Shown here: positions 45,490 to 59,050 of the stretch, piece after piece
How the letters are laid out: each line of letters starts with the position of its first letter
Position numbering within the stretch: the first letter of the stretch is position 1
Assembly: GCF_009914755.1 (NCBI RefSeq)
Contig: NC_060928.1
Source of the DNA: the human T2T-CHM13v2.0 reference genome, Homo sapiens
DNA: 64,000 nucleotides
Direction: 5' to 3' (one strand)
The notes under the pieces: model-generated
What the model was told of the DNA's origin: nothing
Seen by the model: the letters and a program-made list of their open reading frames with translations, nothing else
The model's database searches: none
Program-made: the position numbers and the translations under genes

Positions 45490-46600
45490 AGCCATTAATT
45501 GTACCGATCCTCTGCAGTATGAGATGTTTTGCTTTTCTTTGTGTTTAGAGTTTTCTGTCTTTGGCTTTCCAGAGTTTTACTATGACATGTCCCGGTGTGA
45601 ATCTCTTTGTATTTGTGTCTCATTGAGCTTCTTTAATACACAAATTAATTTTTCATCAAATTTGGAACGTTTTAGCTGTTATTTCTTCAAAATATTTTCT
45701 ATCCCTGCCTTTTTTTCTCTTCTTCTGGGACTCCCACATAGTTTGCTATGTTTGATGTCCCACAGGTCCCTGATGCTTGGGTTCATTTGTCTTTAATCTT
45801 GGCTCTTCAGATTGAATATTTTCTTTAATTTCACTGATTATTTTTATTCTGTCATCTCAAGTATGCTATTGTGATTTCTGGGGAATTTTTATTTCAGTTA
45901 TTGTAATTTTCAACTCTAAATTTAAAAAAAAATTCAGCTGCCTCTTGATTATCTCTATTTATTGTTGACATACTTTGCCATTCTAAAAAATGGTTTCCTT
46001 TTTTTTACATTAATAACAACTTCTTTCAAGTCTTTAATATCAGGGATATTAGAGACAGTTTCTACTGACTACTTTTTTCCTTGAGTATATGTCACACTTT
46101 CCTGTTTCTTTGCATATCTCACAATTTTTTGTGAAAACTGGTCATTCTAGTTAACATATTGTAATAGTTCTGTATTTTTATATTTTTCCCTGAAGATTAT
46201 TGTTTTTTTTCTGCTTTTGTTGTTTATTGTGTAGTAACTTGCCTAAGCTACTTCTTTGAAATCTGTCTGCCCTGCAGTATGATTCCACTGATATCTTTGC
46301 TCAGTTTATGTATAGACAGAGACAAAGATGTAAGTATTTTCTTTAATTTTTAGGTCAGTTTTCCTAGGGGTCATCTCATATGTCTGTGTAGTTTGGTGGT
46401 GAGAGGTCATATTCAACCACCTTGTGAGTAAGTCCTCTGTCAATGACTGTGTGTATGGGATGGGTAATGCATTTAAGGCTCAGACTGTTTTAAATCTTGC
46501 TCTAACTTTTATCTGTGCCCTTTAAGGTCCATTTACATAACCTTAGGTTTAGTTAGGAGTGTCTGAATAGCTTGAGTTGGTATTCTGGTGCTCTCTGCAT
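45490..46600 (-). mobile_element. Old L1M relic resuming after the L1PA insertion
   Basis: Degraded antisense L1 5'/ORF1-like tracts (tttcatcaaatttgga...gttatttcttcaaaatattt; tcccacaggtccctga). Confidence 0.6.
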
Positions 46601-48393
46601 GTGCTCTCAGCCATAATTATGATTTCTCCAACCATGACTACAACCTTGGGTGAGAAGAACAATTGGCACTTACTACTTGTCCACTGTTGAGATTATTATG
46701 TCCACGAAACATGTCACTGGGAATGGACATCATCCACCACTGCAAGTCAGGTGAGCCCCTTTATTTACGCAGATAAAATGCCAGCCTCGTGGCTTACCCT
46801 AACCTGGTGGAACCTTCATATCAACCATACTGGACAACAGCAATTGTGAGACACCATTAATTGTAAGTTTTCTTCACATTTTCTTCAAATGTGAGGAGAT
46901 ATGTAGCTAGAAATCAATGAAAAGTGGTATATCAGGAAAGCAGTACTTGAATCAATCTTGAAATGCATTGCTGCATTTGTGAGGGTTTTGATCAATCCAC
47001 CAGCCCCTGAACCTTCATAGAAACCAGCACCATTTTCTTGGGCCATTTATCAGTGTGATGAACTGGACCAGGCCATAGCCAAAGAGAAATGGGCCATTTC
47101 CCAAAACGCATACACCTAAAAGGTAAATATTTAACCCGATTTCTGACTTTCCTACCAAAGATTCAACATATTTCACTCTTCACCCTTTTAAACCTCCTTC
47201 CTTAAAAGAGAAGGGTACACAGTTTTGCCAAGTGCAGCATACTCAACCCCCTGTAGAAGACAGTGCAAAACTGACTTAGTATTATATAAGCATTCACCTC
47301 TGTTATACTTGATTCTTTAGTACAACATCAAGAATAATGTCCACAGAAGGAAGACAGAATGCAAAGAAAGAATAAAATAAGATAGAGAAATACACAAGGT
47401 TGATTAAAAAAAACACATACTTTTAAATGGAAAAGACAATTTGCTGTGAAGTTTTTTGGTTTTAGGTCTATCTGTGGCAAGTTCCTTTATTTATTCACCT
47501 TGCTTTATAGATTTCTAGCTCCATATTTCAATTGTTTGCTTTTATTTTAAATGTTAGTCCATTTGGAAGCCAAAATAAACAGATAATGAAGGAATAGAGC
47601 CTTCAATGGAAAATCCTACTCACCAAATGGAAGGGTTGGTTTTGGAACAACAAAAAAGTATTACGTAACAGTAACACTAGATCTGTAGGAGAGTAAAAAG
47701 TTAACATAGTAATTTACTGTTCATTGCCATAATTCCATAGTGAAATCTCCAGAAATCATATGTAGAGACAGAAATTCATTGTAAGTGAATATCAGTTGAT
47801 TTTTCCAAATGTGTTCTGAAATTACTATAACATCTAGAATGAATTGCAAGAAATATGCAGTGAAAAGTACTCAAAAGTAGAAGCATCTCCATTATATCTG
47901 CATTATCTTGAAAATAATATTTTACTTTATATATCTTGTTAGTGACATGTTTTTAAGTTTATTCTTCCCTGGCAAAAATCAGTTATGGTATTGCAGAGCA
48001 AAATTCCTTTTGAAAAAGATATCACTTTACATGCAGATTATATTATCACCTATAGCTAAGCCTAAACATTAACTCTAGAATATAATCAAATGAAATGCCT
48101 CTAAAAAGTATAAAACTAAACCAAAAATAAAAAATAAAAACAAGAAGTAGGAAATTATTCCTAAGTTATGGTAGAAATCTTTTCTCATAAGAGAATTCCC
48201 TAGAGGAGAAGAAGAATGAATAGAGAAGCCTTCCTTTATCATTTCATAATTCATAGAGAGATTGACAAGAGTGAGGGGAAAGCCTTTGATTCCCAACCTG
48301 GCATAAAAGAGAACAAGTGGTTGCTAAATGGCTGCAGAGCCAGAGAAAGCATGACACTTGTTTTTAGAGTTTTCCCTTTATATATCCAGAGTA

Positions 48394-48945
48394 CAGAAAG
48401 TCCTCCCCTAATGTCATCAGTAGATTCGCAGAAACTGAAACTTCAGTGAGAGAACACATAATGAGACTGTTTTACCACAGGCGAATTGATATAAGTAAGA
48501 GTTAAGTTCCTATGACATATTTCTGGCCACAAAAACATCACCAAACTTCTAAATAAAAACCAAAACACTTCTAATATTAAACATTGAAATAAATGTGAGC
48601 TATACATATATTTAAGAAAGACTAATAAGATCATTATTTACTCTAGTTCAGGATCTTGGGTGGCCAGAACCTATCCTGGCAGCTCAGGTTACAAGGTGGG
48701 AACCAGCCCTGCACTGGAGGTCATCCCATGGCAGGATGACTCACGCCCACACTCATTCAGACTGGAACCACATGGACATGCCAGTTCACCTAATGGGCAC
48801 AGCTTTGGGACACAGGATATCCGGGAGAAAAACCACACAGACATAGGGAGAACGTGCAGACTCCTGCTGGGAATCAATATTTTTTTTCTCATCAATGTTA
48901 TAAGGAAGCGACATTGATTGAAACAACATTATTTAAGGACCTCTG
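48394..48945. mobile_element. MER6A-like TcMar-Tigger element
   Basis: TA|cagaaagtcctc...aaggacctctg|TA termini; internal ccgggagaaaaaccacacagacatagggagaacgtgcagactcc. Confidence 0.8.
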
Positions 48946-49924
48946 TACTGTGTCAGTCAAGGTTCCTGCAGGAAGCAGATGGTACACTCAAGCTAGGTTA
49001 ACTCTAGAGGGTTTAAGAAAGGGGACTGTCAGCAAAGCCCTGAGAGGAATAGAAAGAAATTGCAAGGGATAGTACAGCACCCCGGGGCTAACAATAGTAG
49101 AATTGTTACCGCCCCAGGTCCAAAGGACCCAGAAGAAAGTGCATTTACAGAATTAGAGAAAGCACCCTAAGGGGACATAGCATAGCAAATATGAGATGTC
49201 CCTACAGGTTAAGACCCTGGGGAATAAAGACCATAACCTCTCTCCTTTCTCCCTGTGGCCTGGTGCTGTGGCTCACAGGGTGCATACATCACAGCAAGCT
49301 GGAGGAGTAGGAAACCCATTGGTGTCCTTTGTACAGATTAGCCTCCTGGCTGTGGGAGAGAGTAGGTAGAGAGGGTGGGGAGTGGGTCTGGAGGGGCAAA
49401 GGGAAGAAAGCTAACCTTTGTTGCTAGTTTGGAATGCTGCTTCTGAGGGACAGTCCAAGGGGGGGACATGGTTAAAAACAACCACAACAAAATCAAATGT
49501 GATCACAAAAGAGGAAAGCATACATGTCAATTGCAGGACTCCAGTTCAGATTTTCCTAGGAAGGATCTCATCACCTCTCTGGTAAACTACCCAGTGGGTG
49601 TCCTCGTGTGACAGTTTGTGGTCCCCTCTCTTTTGAACCACGCAAAGTGTTCCTGGGGCCAGTTGGGGAGTTTAGTAGAATCTACATTTTTTTTTTGAAA
49701 AGCTGCTATGTATCAGATATTTTGTTAAAAATAGGTAATATAAAGGTAAGATAAAGACTCAATTCCAACCCTCATAGTCCTCATGGGATGAAAGGAAAGA
49801 GATCCTTAAGCCATGTCTCTATGAACCTATTAAGGAAAACTAGAGAAGACAGACAAGGGGGAGGAGGAGGAGAACTGGGACCCATCTCTCCGCTTAAGTA
49901 CTATATATGTGTTAAATCGTTCTT

Positions 49925-50070
49925 TCTCTTACTAACCCTGTGAGATTCGTCCTGTTAGCGTCCCCATTTCATATATGAGAAAACCAAGTCCAGTAAATTT
50001 TAAGTAGCATGCTCAAGGTCACACCATAAGTAAGTCATGGAGATGGTATTTGAGCTAGGTAGTGTGGAAC
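49925..50070 (-). mobile_element. MIR fragment
   Basis: aaccctgtgag...tccccatttcatatatgagaaaacc...ctcaaggtcacac. Confidence 0.65.
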
Positions 50071-52392
50071 TTAACGTTATTAAGATAATGGTGAGATCAA
50101 TATAAAGAAATTTCATTTTCTTATATATTTTTATCTAACATTTCGATAATCATGGTTACAATCAAATTATTTTAAACAAATTTGTGGACATAACAGTTAT
50201 AAATAATTTAATCTGTATTCAATACACAAACAATAACACTCTAGTATCTAAATTGAGAAAGTATGGCTAAACATAGCTTCATAAAGCCTTCATGATATTT
50301 ATGATTCCCCGGGAAGAAACAGAAAGATCCATCTCTTCTGTACATACACAATCTTCAGGATTTCTCTTCTTTATAGTCAGTATAATTTTGCTTATATCAG
50401 CCAATATTTTAGAGCAATTATGCATAGACCTTTAGTGTTCAGTAATATAACTCAATGGCCTCTCAACTTTAAATCACTAGCATATTTCATGTAAAAAGCA
50501 ACAGCTCTTTCTATGAAAGGCTATTAAAAATGAAAAACACTACAAAAATCAAACACCCCAAGACCTTAAGAATAGGGTGTGCATTCCACTATTTATATCG
50601 AAAAAGAAACTGCTGATAAATTGATAGCATTATAGCTATATTTTATTCTTGAGGTAGGAAAAAAAATGCAGAATAACAATGGGTTTTTTTCCCCTGAGCC
50701 TGCTTTACTTCCCAGCCTTGAAGTAATTTAAGTGCTTAGAAAAGCATGTTGAGACTATTAGTCTGCTCTGATACTATTTTTGCACAGTAAATAGAGTTTG
50801 TAGGTATAAAAATAGTAAACTGTCTCCCTGTTAAATAAACAGTAATTCAGTAAATCAGATCCATTGAACTTCCAGTCAGTCTGAATCCTTGCACAATTTG
50901 AGTTGTAAAAATAGTCAACCACAGTTCCATCACTCATATTCAGTATTTATTTGATGGGTATTTAGCTCCAGCTATTATGCTAGGCATGCTCCGAGAACCT
51001 ACCTCTATCTTATGTTTTGGGGCATTAGTGTCTCTTTGCTGGGTTCTGGTTACACACATTTACCGAAGATAGTGAGTAAAGCTACACCATGAGTATCCTT
51101 GGAGAATTTATTTAACCTCTCAATGCTCCCATTTCCACAATCATCAAAGTTGTATTTAGTTTTTTTTATTTTTAGCATTGTTGTGTGAAACAAATCAACT
51201 GATAGATGGAAATAATGTAATTATAACAGGTACTGTTTATAACACCCAGGACCTTGCATGATTACTATGTAACTTACAGATTATTGGGAAAGTACAATTA
51301 TTGTCTTACTGGGGACACTGAAGCTTAAACTTTAGTATGTCCTCAAGGTCATAAAGCTGGTGTGTTGTCGCACCAGGGACTCACACCCTGTCCCATCTGA
51401 CATGAGGCTCTGAGCCATTAGCTGTGGCACATTGCTGTCATTTCTACTGAACTCACCATGATTTCTACTGAACTCACCTTAAATCCAGTCTTCTGTAACC
51501 AAAGAAAAGCCTTCTCCCAGTAAAAATGTGTAAATTATCAGAATTCATATTGGTAATATTTTAATACAAAGCAATCTGTTTTATCCAACTATGGAGGGAT
51601 ATAAGAATCAATATATTATGGCTTTAGGAAAAAATTACCCTGAGGACCATCCAGCTTTTTTGACAGACACAATAATTTCTGAAAGATAGCACTTACGTTC
51701 TCTTTAATGTTGTTTTAATTTTTTAAATTCAGTATGTCTGTATATGTTACCTAAGCCTTCTTAATGACACTGGGAGATTTTAGTTCTGTCTTATGATAAT
51801 TATAGGGGTCAATGTTTCAATAAATTATAAATGTACACTTATTACTACAGTTTATTAAAATTCTGAACCTCCTGAACTTAGGAGTTTTACATCTTTCTAA
51901 AAGCCTTGTACCGTTAGTATCAGTGATTTAACTCTTAACAGGGTAAGACCCCACAGTGTGTAAGTCTTGTATTTCTGAAAAAAATGGGACTTACCTTTTA
52001 TTAATGAGGATCACATAGAAATTTATATGTAGTAGTGGGAGCTCAGATAATTTGACCAAGATTTTTCTTGATATCTCAGTAGTATCTGAGGAGTATAAGA
52101 TAATTAAGAAAACCAGTATCTCTGGGGAGTATATTTAGGGCCATTCTGTGTGCTGTAGTAGTATGTGCTCTTGAGTGAGGTCAGGAAATCTGGATTCTGA
52201 GGAATGCTTCCTAAGCTCTTGGGGCTTCAGTTTTCTCATCACTTAAGGAGGTGGCCCTTGATCTGTTTACTGTATACATTCTATGCAGTTGAAATACTGA
52301 AAACATTTTATGTAAATTCCTTTTTAAAAATATTTGACAATATCCTCTGGAAGGTCATTAGTACTGAATTGTTATAAATCAGTATAGACCAT

Positions 52393-52768
52393 TTATCTTA
52401 GTCTGTTTGGACTGTTATAACAAAATACCATATATTGGGTGGCTCATAAGCTACAAAATTGTATTTCTCACAGTTGCCGAGACTGGGAAATCAAATATCA
52501 AGGTGCCAGCAGATTTGGGGTCTGGTGAGAGCTCGCTTTCTGGTTCGTAGGTGGCACATGGTAGTTGCATCCTCACATGGTAGGAGGAGCAACAGAACTC
52601 TCTCTTTTGTAAGGTCACTAATCCAATCCAGGATAACTCTACTTTCATGACTTAATTACTTCCCAAAAGCCTCTCCCTCTATTACCTTCAGGTGAGAGTA
52701 ATTGAACATATGAATGATAGGATTTGAACATATGAATTTTGGAAGGGCACAAACATTCAGACCATAGA
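52393..52768 (-). mobile_element. MLT1A/MST-type MaLR LTR
   Basis: tcttagtctgtttggactgttataacaaaatacca...tcaaggtgccagcagattt...cacaaacattcagaccatag. Confidence 0.85.
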
Positions 52769-54939
52769 GCTATCCCATCCAGAGTCCAGAATATTCGATG
52801 AGCCCCAGGACCCCACAGCCCATCTTGAGGGACCCTCATTCCTTGGCTCCTCCAGTGCCTGTTGGAGTCCCCCACAGAGCCCTGGATCTCCAGTATCTCC
52901 TTCAGCCTAGGGTGACACCATGTATCTAATGGCTCTTCTATGGCCCATTTGCAGGAGACTTCCTTTTTAGCATGAATTGCTTAAAAGTAGGAAGTAAAAG
53001 GAAGACATTGTTCAATTTGGAAGAGTGGAACAGATGAGGTGCATGTAGTTCTCTCTGCCCAAACACAGTGAGTATCTAGTTCTCGGGATGCTGTGATAGC
53101 CCTTGTAGTTGACTTTCCTCCAGAACCAGGCTTCACATTTGTGCCTCTTCAGCTGTGCACTCTCCTTGTGTCCCTTCAATGGCTAGAGTCCTCTGGTGAG
53201 GGATGTCAAAGAAGGCTGATGGCAGAAATGATGGGATGCCTCCGTAGGGTACTTGGCCTACCTGCCTTCAGGGATGACACCCTCGGTATTTGTTTTACCC
53301 ATGAATTGCTTCTTCCAGCCCCACTTCACAACTAGATATTTACTTCTATGTGTAAGTACAGGTAGGGATGAGTTTTTTTTTAATCTTGAAACTGTAAATG
53401 ACCGTCAGTACCATACAATGTTAACACTCGTTTCTACACCCAGCCCCTTTCACTCCCCACATCCTCATTTTACCTGTGAGGAACTGAAGCCTACGTCAAG
53501 TCACAGTAATTATTGGCAGAACTCAAATTTAGTTCATATGACTCTTGTGAACGTTCCAACACACTATGTAACTTTTATAGGAATAGTCCTTTTCTTTCAT
53601 TTTTTTCCTAAATTATCTCTAACATGTGTTCCCTGTAATTCAGTAACATTTGGTTATTTTTACATAGCTTTGGAATTGTTAGAGAAAACACTGCGGCTGC
53701 CAAAATATATTTGTAAATAATTATTCTGAAATTTTCTCCCGTATATTAAAGTTGGCTGATCTCTAAGGCCTTCTAATAATACACAATATAATAATATATT
53801 TATAGTAATATAGAAAAAGACAATAGGGCAGTCCTCGTTGATAATTTTTATAAGTACCTAGGAATCAACTGAAAAATGATTGGGGATTGTTCTCACAAAT
53901 TTTATTTTATTAACTGCTGTCCAAATGAAGGATGCTATTCCTTAACATTTAATTAATTTCTTTGGAAAAGCATATACACTTTTTGGTTTCATTTGAGCTG
54001 GGTAATACTTTCTAAATTAGGTTTGGTTAATATATTTTTACTTTATTTAGGGTTCTAATACATGTCTATATATTTTAGCTTCCTTCCATTGAACATTTTA
54101 TGCAAAAGTTTATAGTAACTTGATTTTTTAAATCAAAAGTATATATGTAGAAAATTCTGTGGTTCTCATTAAATAGGGAGTATCACTATTCCATTCAGAT
54201 GATTGAATTTTTAAAAGTTACTTTAGTGTCACTTATACTGAAAAGAATTTCAGTCTGATTTTTGAAGACTCATCAGATATGTGTGAAAATTTTGAAGCAA
54301 CTTGGTGTTAGAATCATGACACCAACTGACATTAGGCCATATGTGTGCACCTGAAGCATTTAAACGTCTTGCCAATGCAGATCCAAGGAGAACAATTTTC
54401 TGTGTTTAGTTGACTGAACAAGTAGGATGTAACATCACAGAGTATCACTTAAAGAGGCATAATGTTTATTTTCAAATAGACTTTTATTGCTACCTTTAAA
54501 AATAACTTCTAATATGATTGGGTAAGTTAATCATTTTCGGTGTTTTAACTAGGATCAGCTTTAGAGACTCATCCTTACTTTCTTAGCACTTCTGTTAACA
54601 GTAACAGTAATGATGCTGAAATTCCCAAAATATCCTAGAGTTGAAATATCATCCAAATTACACTTGTGCTTATTGGGTCAAGTTTTCCTTAATGCTTGAG
54701 TTAGCTTGGAGTAATATATTAACTCTTTCTTGCCATGCATGCTACATTCCAGGGAACAGGACCCTTGGAACCCTGAATTGGAAAGTATCTTCACAAGATA
54801 CTCACTTATATGTTAATCAAATGGAGGTCCAATTTGCATTTAAATATGCATGTGCAAAGATGATTGCATGGGGAAGAGAAAGCAAAAAGTTAAAAATCAG
54901 TGTTGGGGTCAGTAGAAAGAACACAAGCCCTGTAGTGTG

Positions 54940-55140
54940 TAGCCTGGATTAAGCCATGAACTGACCAGTAGCCAACTTGTGTGCACTTGAGCAAGTTACT
55001 TAGCAACTGTGAGTTTCCTCATGTGTAAAATAGAGATCATGATACCTTCTTCACAGGGCTTTCATGAGGTTTGGTGAACCAGTGTGTGGGAAGGTACCTG
55101 GAGCAGTTCCTAAGGAGGGTCTTAATAAATGTTGAATATG
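54940..55140 (+). mobile_element. MIR SINE
   Basis: ttgagcaagttactta...gtttcctcatgtgtaaaatagagat...cttaataaatgttg. Confidence 0.7.
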
Positions 55141-55204
55141 AATTTTTACTGCTTGTATTCTCACAAATCTTAACTTAGTTTAATCACATTGAAAAAAAAA
55201 ATCA

Positions 55205-56624
55205 TGGGGTGCGGGGCCAAGATGGTCGACTAGAAACAGTGGCAATCAGAGGTTCCCATCTAAAAGAACCATAACTAGCGTGTGAATCCTTCACCGGTCA
55301 TCAGGGTATCCAGGTTCTCTCATCAGAACTGACGAGGTGACTGACGTGATCCATGGAGAGGAAGGAAGAGCAATGTGGTACTGTGGCCCACCTGAGAGCC
55401 GCATGGGGCAGGGGAGCCCCAACCCCCAGCCAAGGGAGGCACAGAGTGAGTATGCTACCCAGCCAGGGAAACTGTGCTTTTTCCATGGAACTGTGCAACA
55501 CGGATCCGAAGATCCCACTCAAACCCATGCTACCGGGGCCTAGGGTCCCAACCCTGGAGCTGCTCAGATTCTCAACAGCCTCTCAGCTGGAATCTGCCTA
55601 AGCCTGCAGAGCTCCCAGGGAAAGGGGCAACCAGCACCACAGCTGTAGCTGCCTGCTGCCTTAGCCTTTTGAGCTTTTTGCGACGGGGGGCAGCAGCCAG
55701 CACTGGGACTCATAACTGCCTAACATACTAAGCAACCTGGGTTGGGGAAGGGTGGCATCCATCTCTATAGCTCCAGGCTGCACTTTTACCCTGCTGGAGC
55801 CAGGGAGACTGGATGGCTTGGTCCCCAAGAAGTGTTCCCCACAGCCCAACACAGCTGTGGCATACGGTGGCCAGAGCACCTCTTCAGACCTGACCCTGAC
55901 ACATCCTTCCACACTGGGTAGGGCTTCCCTGCAAGAACTCCAACAACTCTAGCCAGAGACTCAGGGACAGAAACCAAATCTCCCTGGGCATGAGCCCCTA
56001 GGGGGAGGGGTGGCCGCAGTCTTTGCAGTCAAGCAGAGTTAGCCTTTCCTCCTGATGGTTCTGAGGAATCTGGGCAGCCCAGACAAGTGGATTTCCCCCT
56101 AGTGAAGCACACCCCTTCCACCAAAGGACAGTGAAAGTGCTTCATTAATGGGTCCTGTTCCCAAAGGAATATAAGTCATTCTATGAAGATACATGCACAC
56201 ATATGTTTATTGCAGCACTGTTTACAATAGCAAAGTCATGGAACCAACCCAAATGCCCATCAATGATAGACTGGATAAAGAAAATGCGGTACATATAGAC
56301 CATGGAATATTACACAGCCATACAAAGGAATGAGATCATGTCCTTTTCAGGGACATGGATGAAGCTGGAAACCATCATCCTCAGCAAACTAGCACAGGAA
56401 CAGAAAATGAAACACCACATGTTCTCACTCGTAAGTGAGAGTTGAACATTGAGAACACATGGACACAGGGAGGGAAACAACACACACCAGGGCCTCTTAG
56501 GGGTTGAAGGGAGGGAACTTAGAGGATGGGTCAATAGGTGCAGCAAACCACCATGGCACACATATACCTATGTAACAACCCTCCACGTTTTGCACGTGTA
56601 TCTCAGAACTTAAAAGTAAAACTT
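55205..56624 (+). mobile_element. Internally deleted older L1PA: ~950 bp of 5'UTR fused to ~460 bp of 3' end
   Basis: ggggccaagatggtcgactagaa 5' terminus; switch at ~56160 to ccaaaggaatataagtcattc...; candidate TSD AAAATCA at 55198-55204 and 56625-56631. Confidence 0.85.
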
Positions 56625-57719
56625 AAAATCAGTACAAAGAAGATAGAGTATTTTCTAGTGCGAAATATTTTATGTGGATCCTTTATGTCAACAAAGATAA
56701 AGCCAAGGCAAGGAAAATTAATTTCACACTTTAGCCTTCTGCAAATGCCTCTTGTTCCAGGATTACTTTAGCCAGTATCACTTAACCCCAAGGTGAAAAT
56801 GAATACAGCAAGAGGGAGAAACAGTTGTTAAATTTATTACAACAGCCAAGCTGTCAAATTGAACATGTTATTCATAGTGCTTCTAATTGTCAACCTAATT
56901 TATGTATTAATATCTCAGGACAGCATGTGCAGAAATTTAATCAGCAAACTATTGTTTCCATGGAAGTCTAGTGGTTACATTCTGGGAGAGAATTCAGGCT
57001 TCAGAATCTCTTCTGCCTCCTCTGTCAGGGTCCATATGCACAGTGGCAGAGTTTGTAGAAAAGTAGAAATTGTTGTTGTGAATTACCCATTTGCATATAT
57101 TAAACAATGGTAAACAATAGATCTGAGTTTGGGGGTAGTTCATTGTTTTTTGGTTTTTGTTTTTTTAAAACCAGATCAACTGAACCCAAATCCTTTTAGG
57201 AACATAATGGAATGGACATGATTATACTGGATGAATCGGTTATTATTTAAATAAAACTGAGCTCTAGGGAAACAACAGTTATAAATTGCCTATAACTGAC
57301 TATAAAATATACTAGTAATTGACTTTTAAAATATTTTTAATATTTACATTTAAATATTTTATTTACATTTCAAATATTATGTTTATATTAACTGCACATA
57401 TGGTTTACATCTAGTGTTTTAGTTTTGTCTCAGTTTCTCTTTAATCCCTGAGATTGTCAGTGACTTCTCATAATGAATCTCCTAACCTCTAATTCAAGCT
57501 AGTGCCTAAATAGTGTTGGATTTTTTAATAAATACCACCAACATGGTTGTAGTATTCAAATTTTACTACCCCAAATGATAATCTAGTTTGGGATGATATA
57601 AATTGGAAATTTTCATATAATTTCTGACTTTTCATAGCTGAAGCACTCCCTTGGGACAAGTCAGTACTTAGCTTTTGGATACTAATGTGCCCACAACCAC
57701 ATGAGGCCAACCAACCATT

Positions 57720-58200
57720 TTTTGGCAACATTTTATGATAAAAACTTTCAAAATTACAGGAAAGTTGAAAGAATTGTACAGTAAACACTTATATACTTAC
57801 CCCCAAGATTCTACAATTAACATTTTACATATTGCCATATCATGTGTTTATCTCTACATTCATATTTTATTTTTATTATATGTATTTCACAGTAAATGGC
57901 AATTATCAGTGTATTCTGCTCTTAACACTTTAGCATGCATATCATTAAATACACTTCAATATTTGTTTACGGTTCTCTTCATTTGTCTTTTGAGGTAAAA
58001 TTTACACAGTGAAATGTACAAATCCTAAGTGTACTATGAGATGATTTTTGTCAGATGCCTATGTCAATATAACCCAAACCTTTAGCTAAATATGGAACAT
58101 TTTTCTCATCCCCCAAATTTCCTTCATATCCCCTCCTAGTGAGTCCCACTCCTCACCCCTAGAGGCAACTACTCTTATGATTTTCTTCCAACAGATTAGT
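57720..58200 (-). mobile_element. Old L1M (MC/ME-like) 3' end relic
   Basis: acaggaaagttgaaagaattgtacagtaaacac...tgaggtaaaatttacac...ccctagaggcaactactct. Confidence 0.7.
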
Positions 58201-58499
58201 TTCAGGCAACCAGTTATCAGCAAAGGCTTTTTTTTTCCGGAGTTGTTGGTTAGATTTGACTGTATGCCTAGGTACCCTGCTGGAAGGTCGAATGAACAAT
58301 CTATTTTTCATTTTCACATCCGTCTAACTTTCTGAGGCTATTTCGCTTCTCTTCTGGTGGCTTATTTGCCCTTTTGCCTAACAATCCAGCCATCTTCTAA
58401 GCCCTTTCTCATAGTTGAAAGTAAGCAAAAGGGAAAGGAGGGCCTCAAGGGTCTTTGCACAGCACTGTCCTTAAGAAATTAGATGTGCACACCATTTCA

Positions 58500-59050
58500 G
58501 AGATAAATTTAGCCAACATCTATTAAAGGGCTTACTCTGTACCAGGCTCTAGGATAAACATAGACAATACCAAGATAGATAAAACATGCAGAAGCACCAG
58601 TAAGGGAGACTGACACATAAACCAATAACTATTAACCATTAATTATATTTTAAAAAATGTATTGGGCCACTACTATGTAGATAGCCCTGTGCCAGGCAGT
58701 GGGGATATGGCCCTGAACAAGATAGACATGGTTCCTGCCCTCAAGAGCTTCAGTGTAGAGGTGAGGGCAATCCTTACTGATTGTAAGTGTGACGATATCA
58801 CAGAAGTGCAGAGTGTTATGGGAGTGTATTTGAGCAGATATAACTTAGTCCTTCTGGGAAGTTATAGGCAGTCAGGAAAGGCTTCCAAGAGAAACTGCCT
58901 TTAAGCAAATTATAAAGGACAAGTAGGAGCACGCATTGGTTAAAGGCACATACAGTAGTTAGACCACAGATGTGTGGAAACCACCTAAGAAGAAAGATGG
59001 CATGTTGGAAAAATGGAAATGGAACGTAGATAACAAAGAGGGATGCAGTA
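58500..59050 (-). mobile_element. L2 fragments
   Basis: ctgtgccaggcagtggggata...gaacaagatagacatggttcctgccctcaagagctt. Confidence 0.6.
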
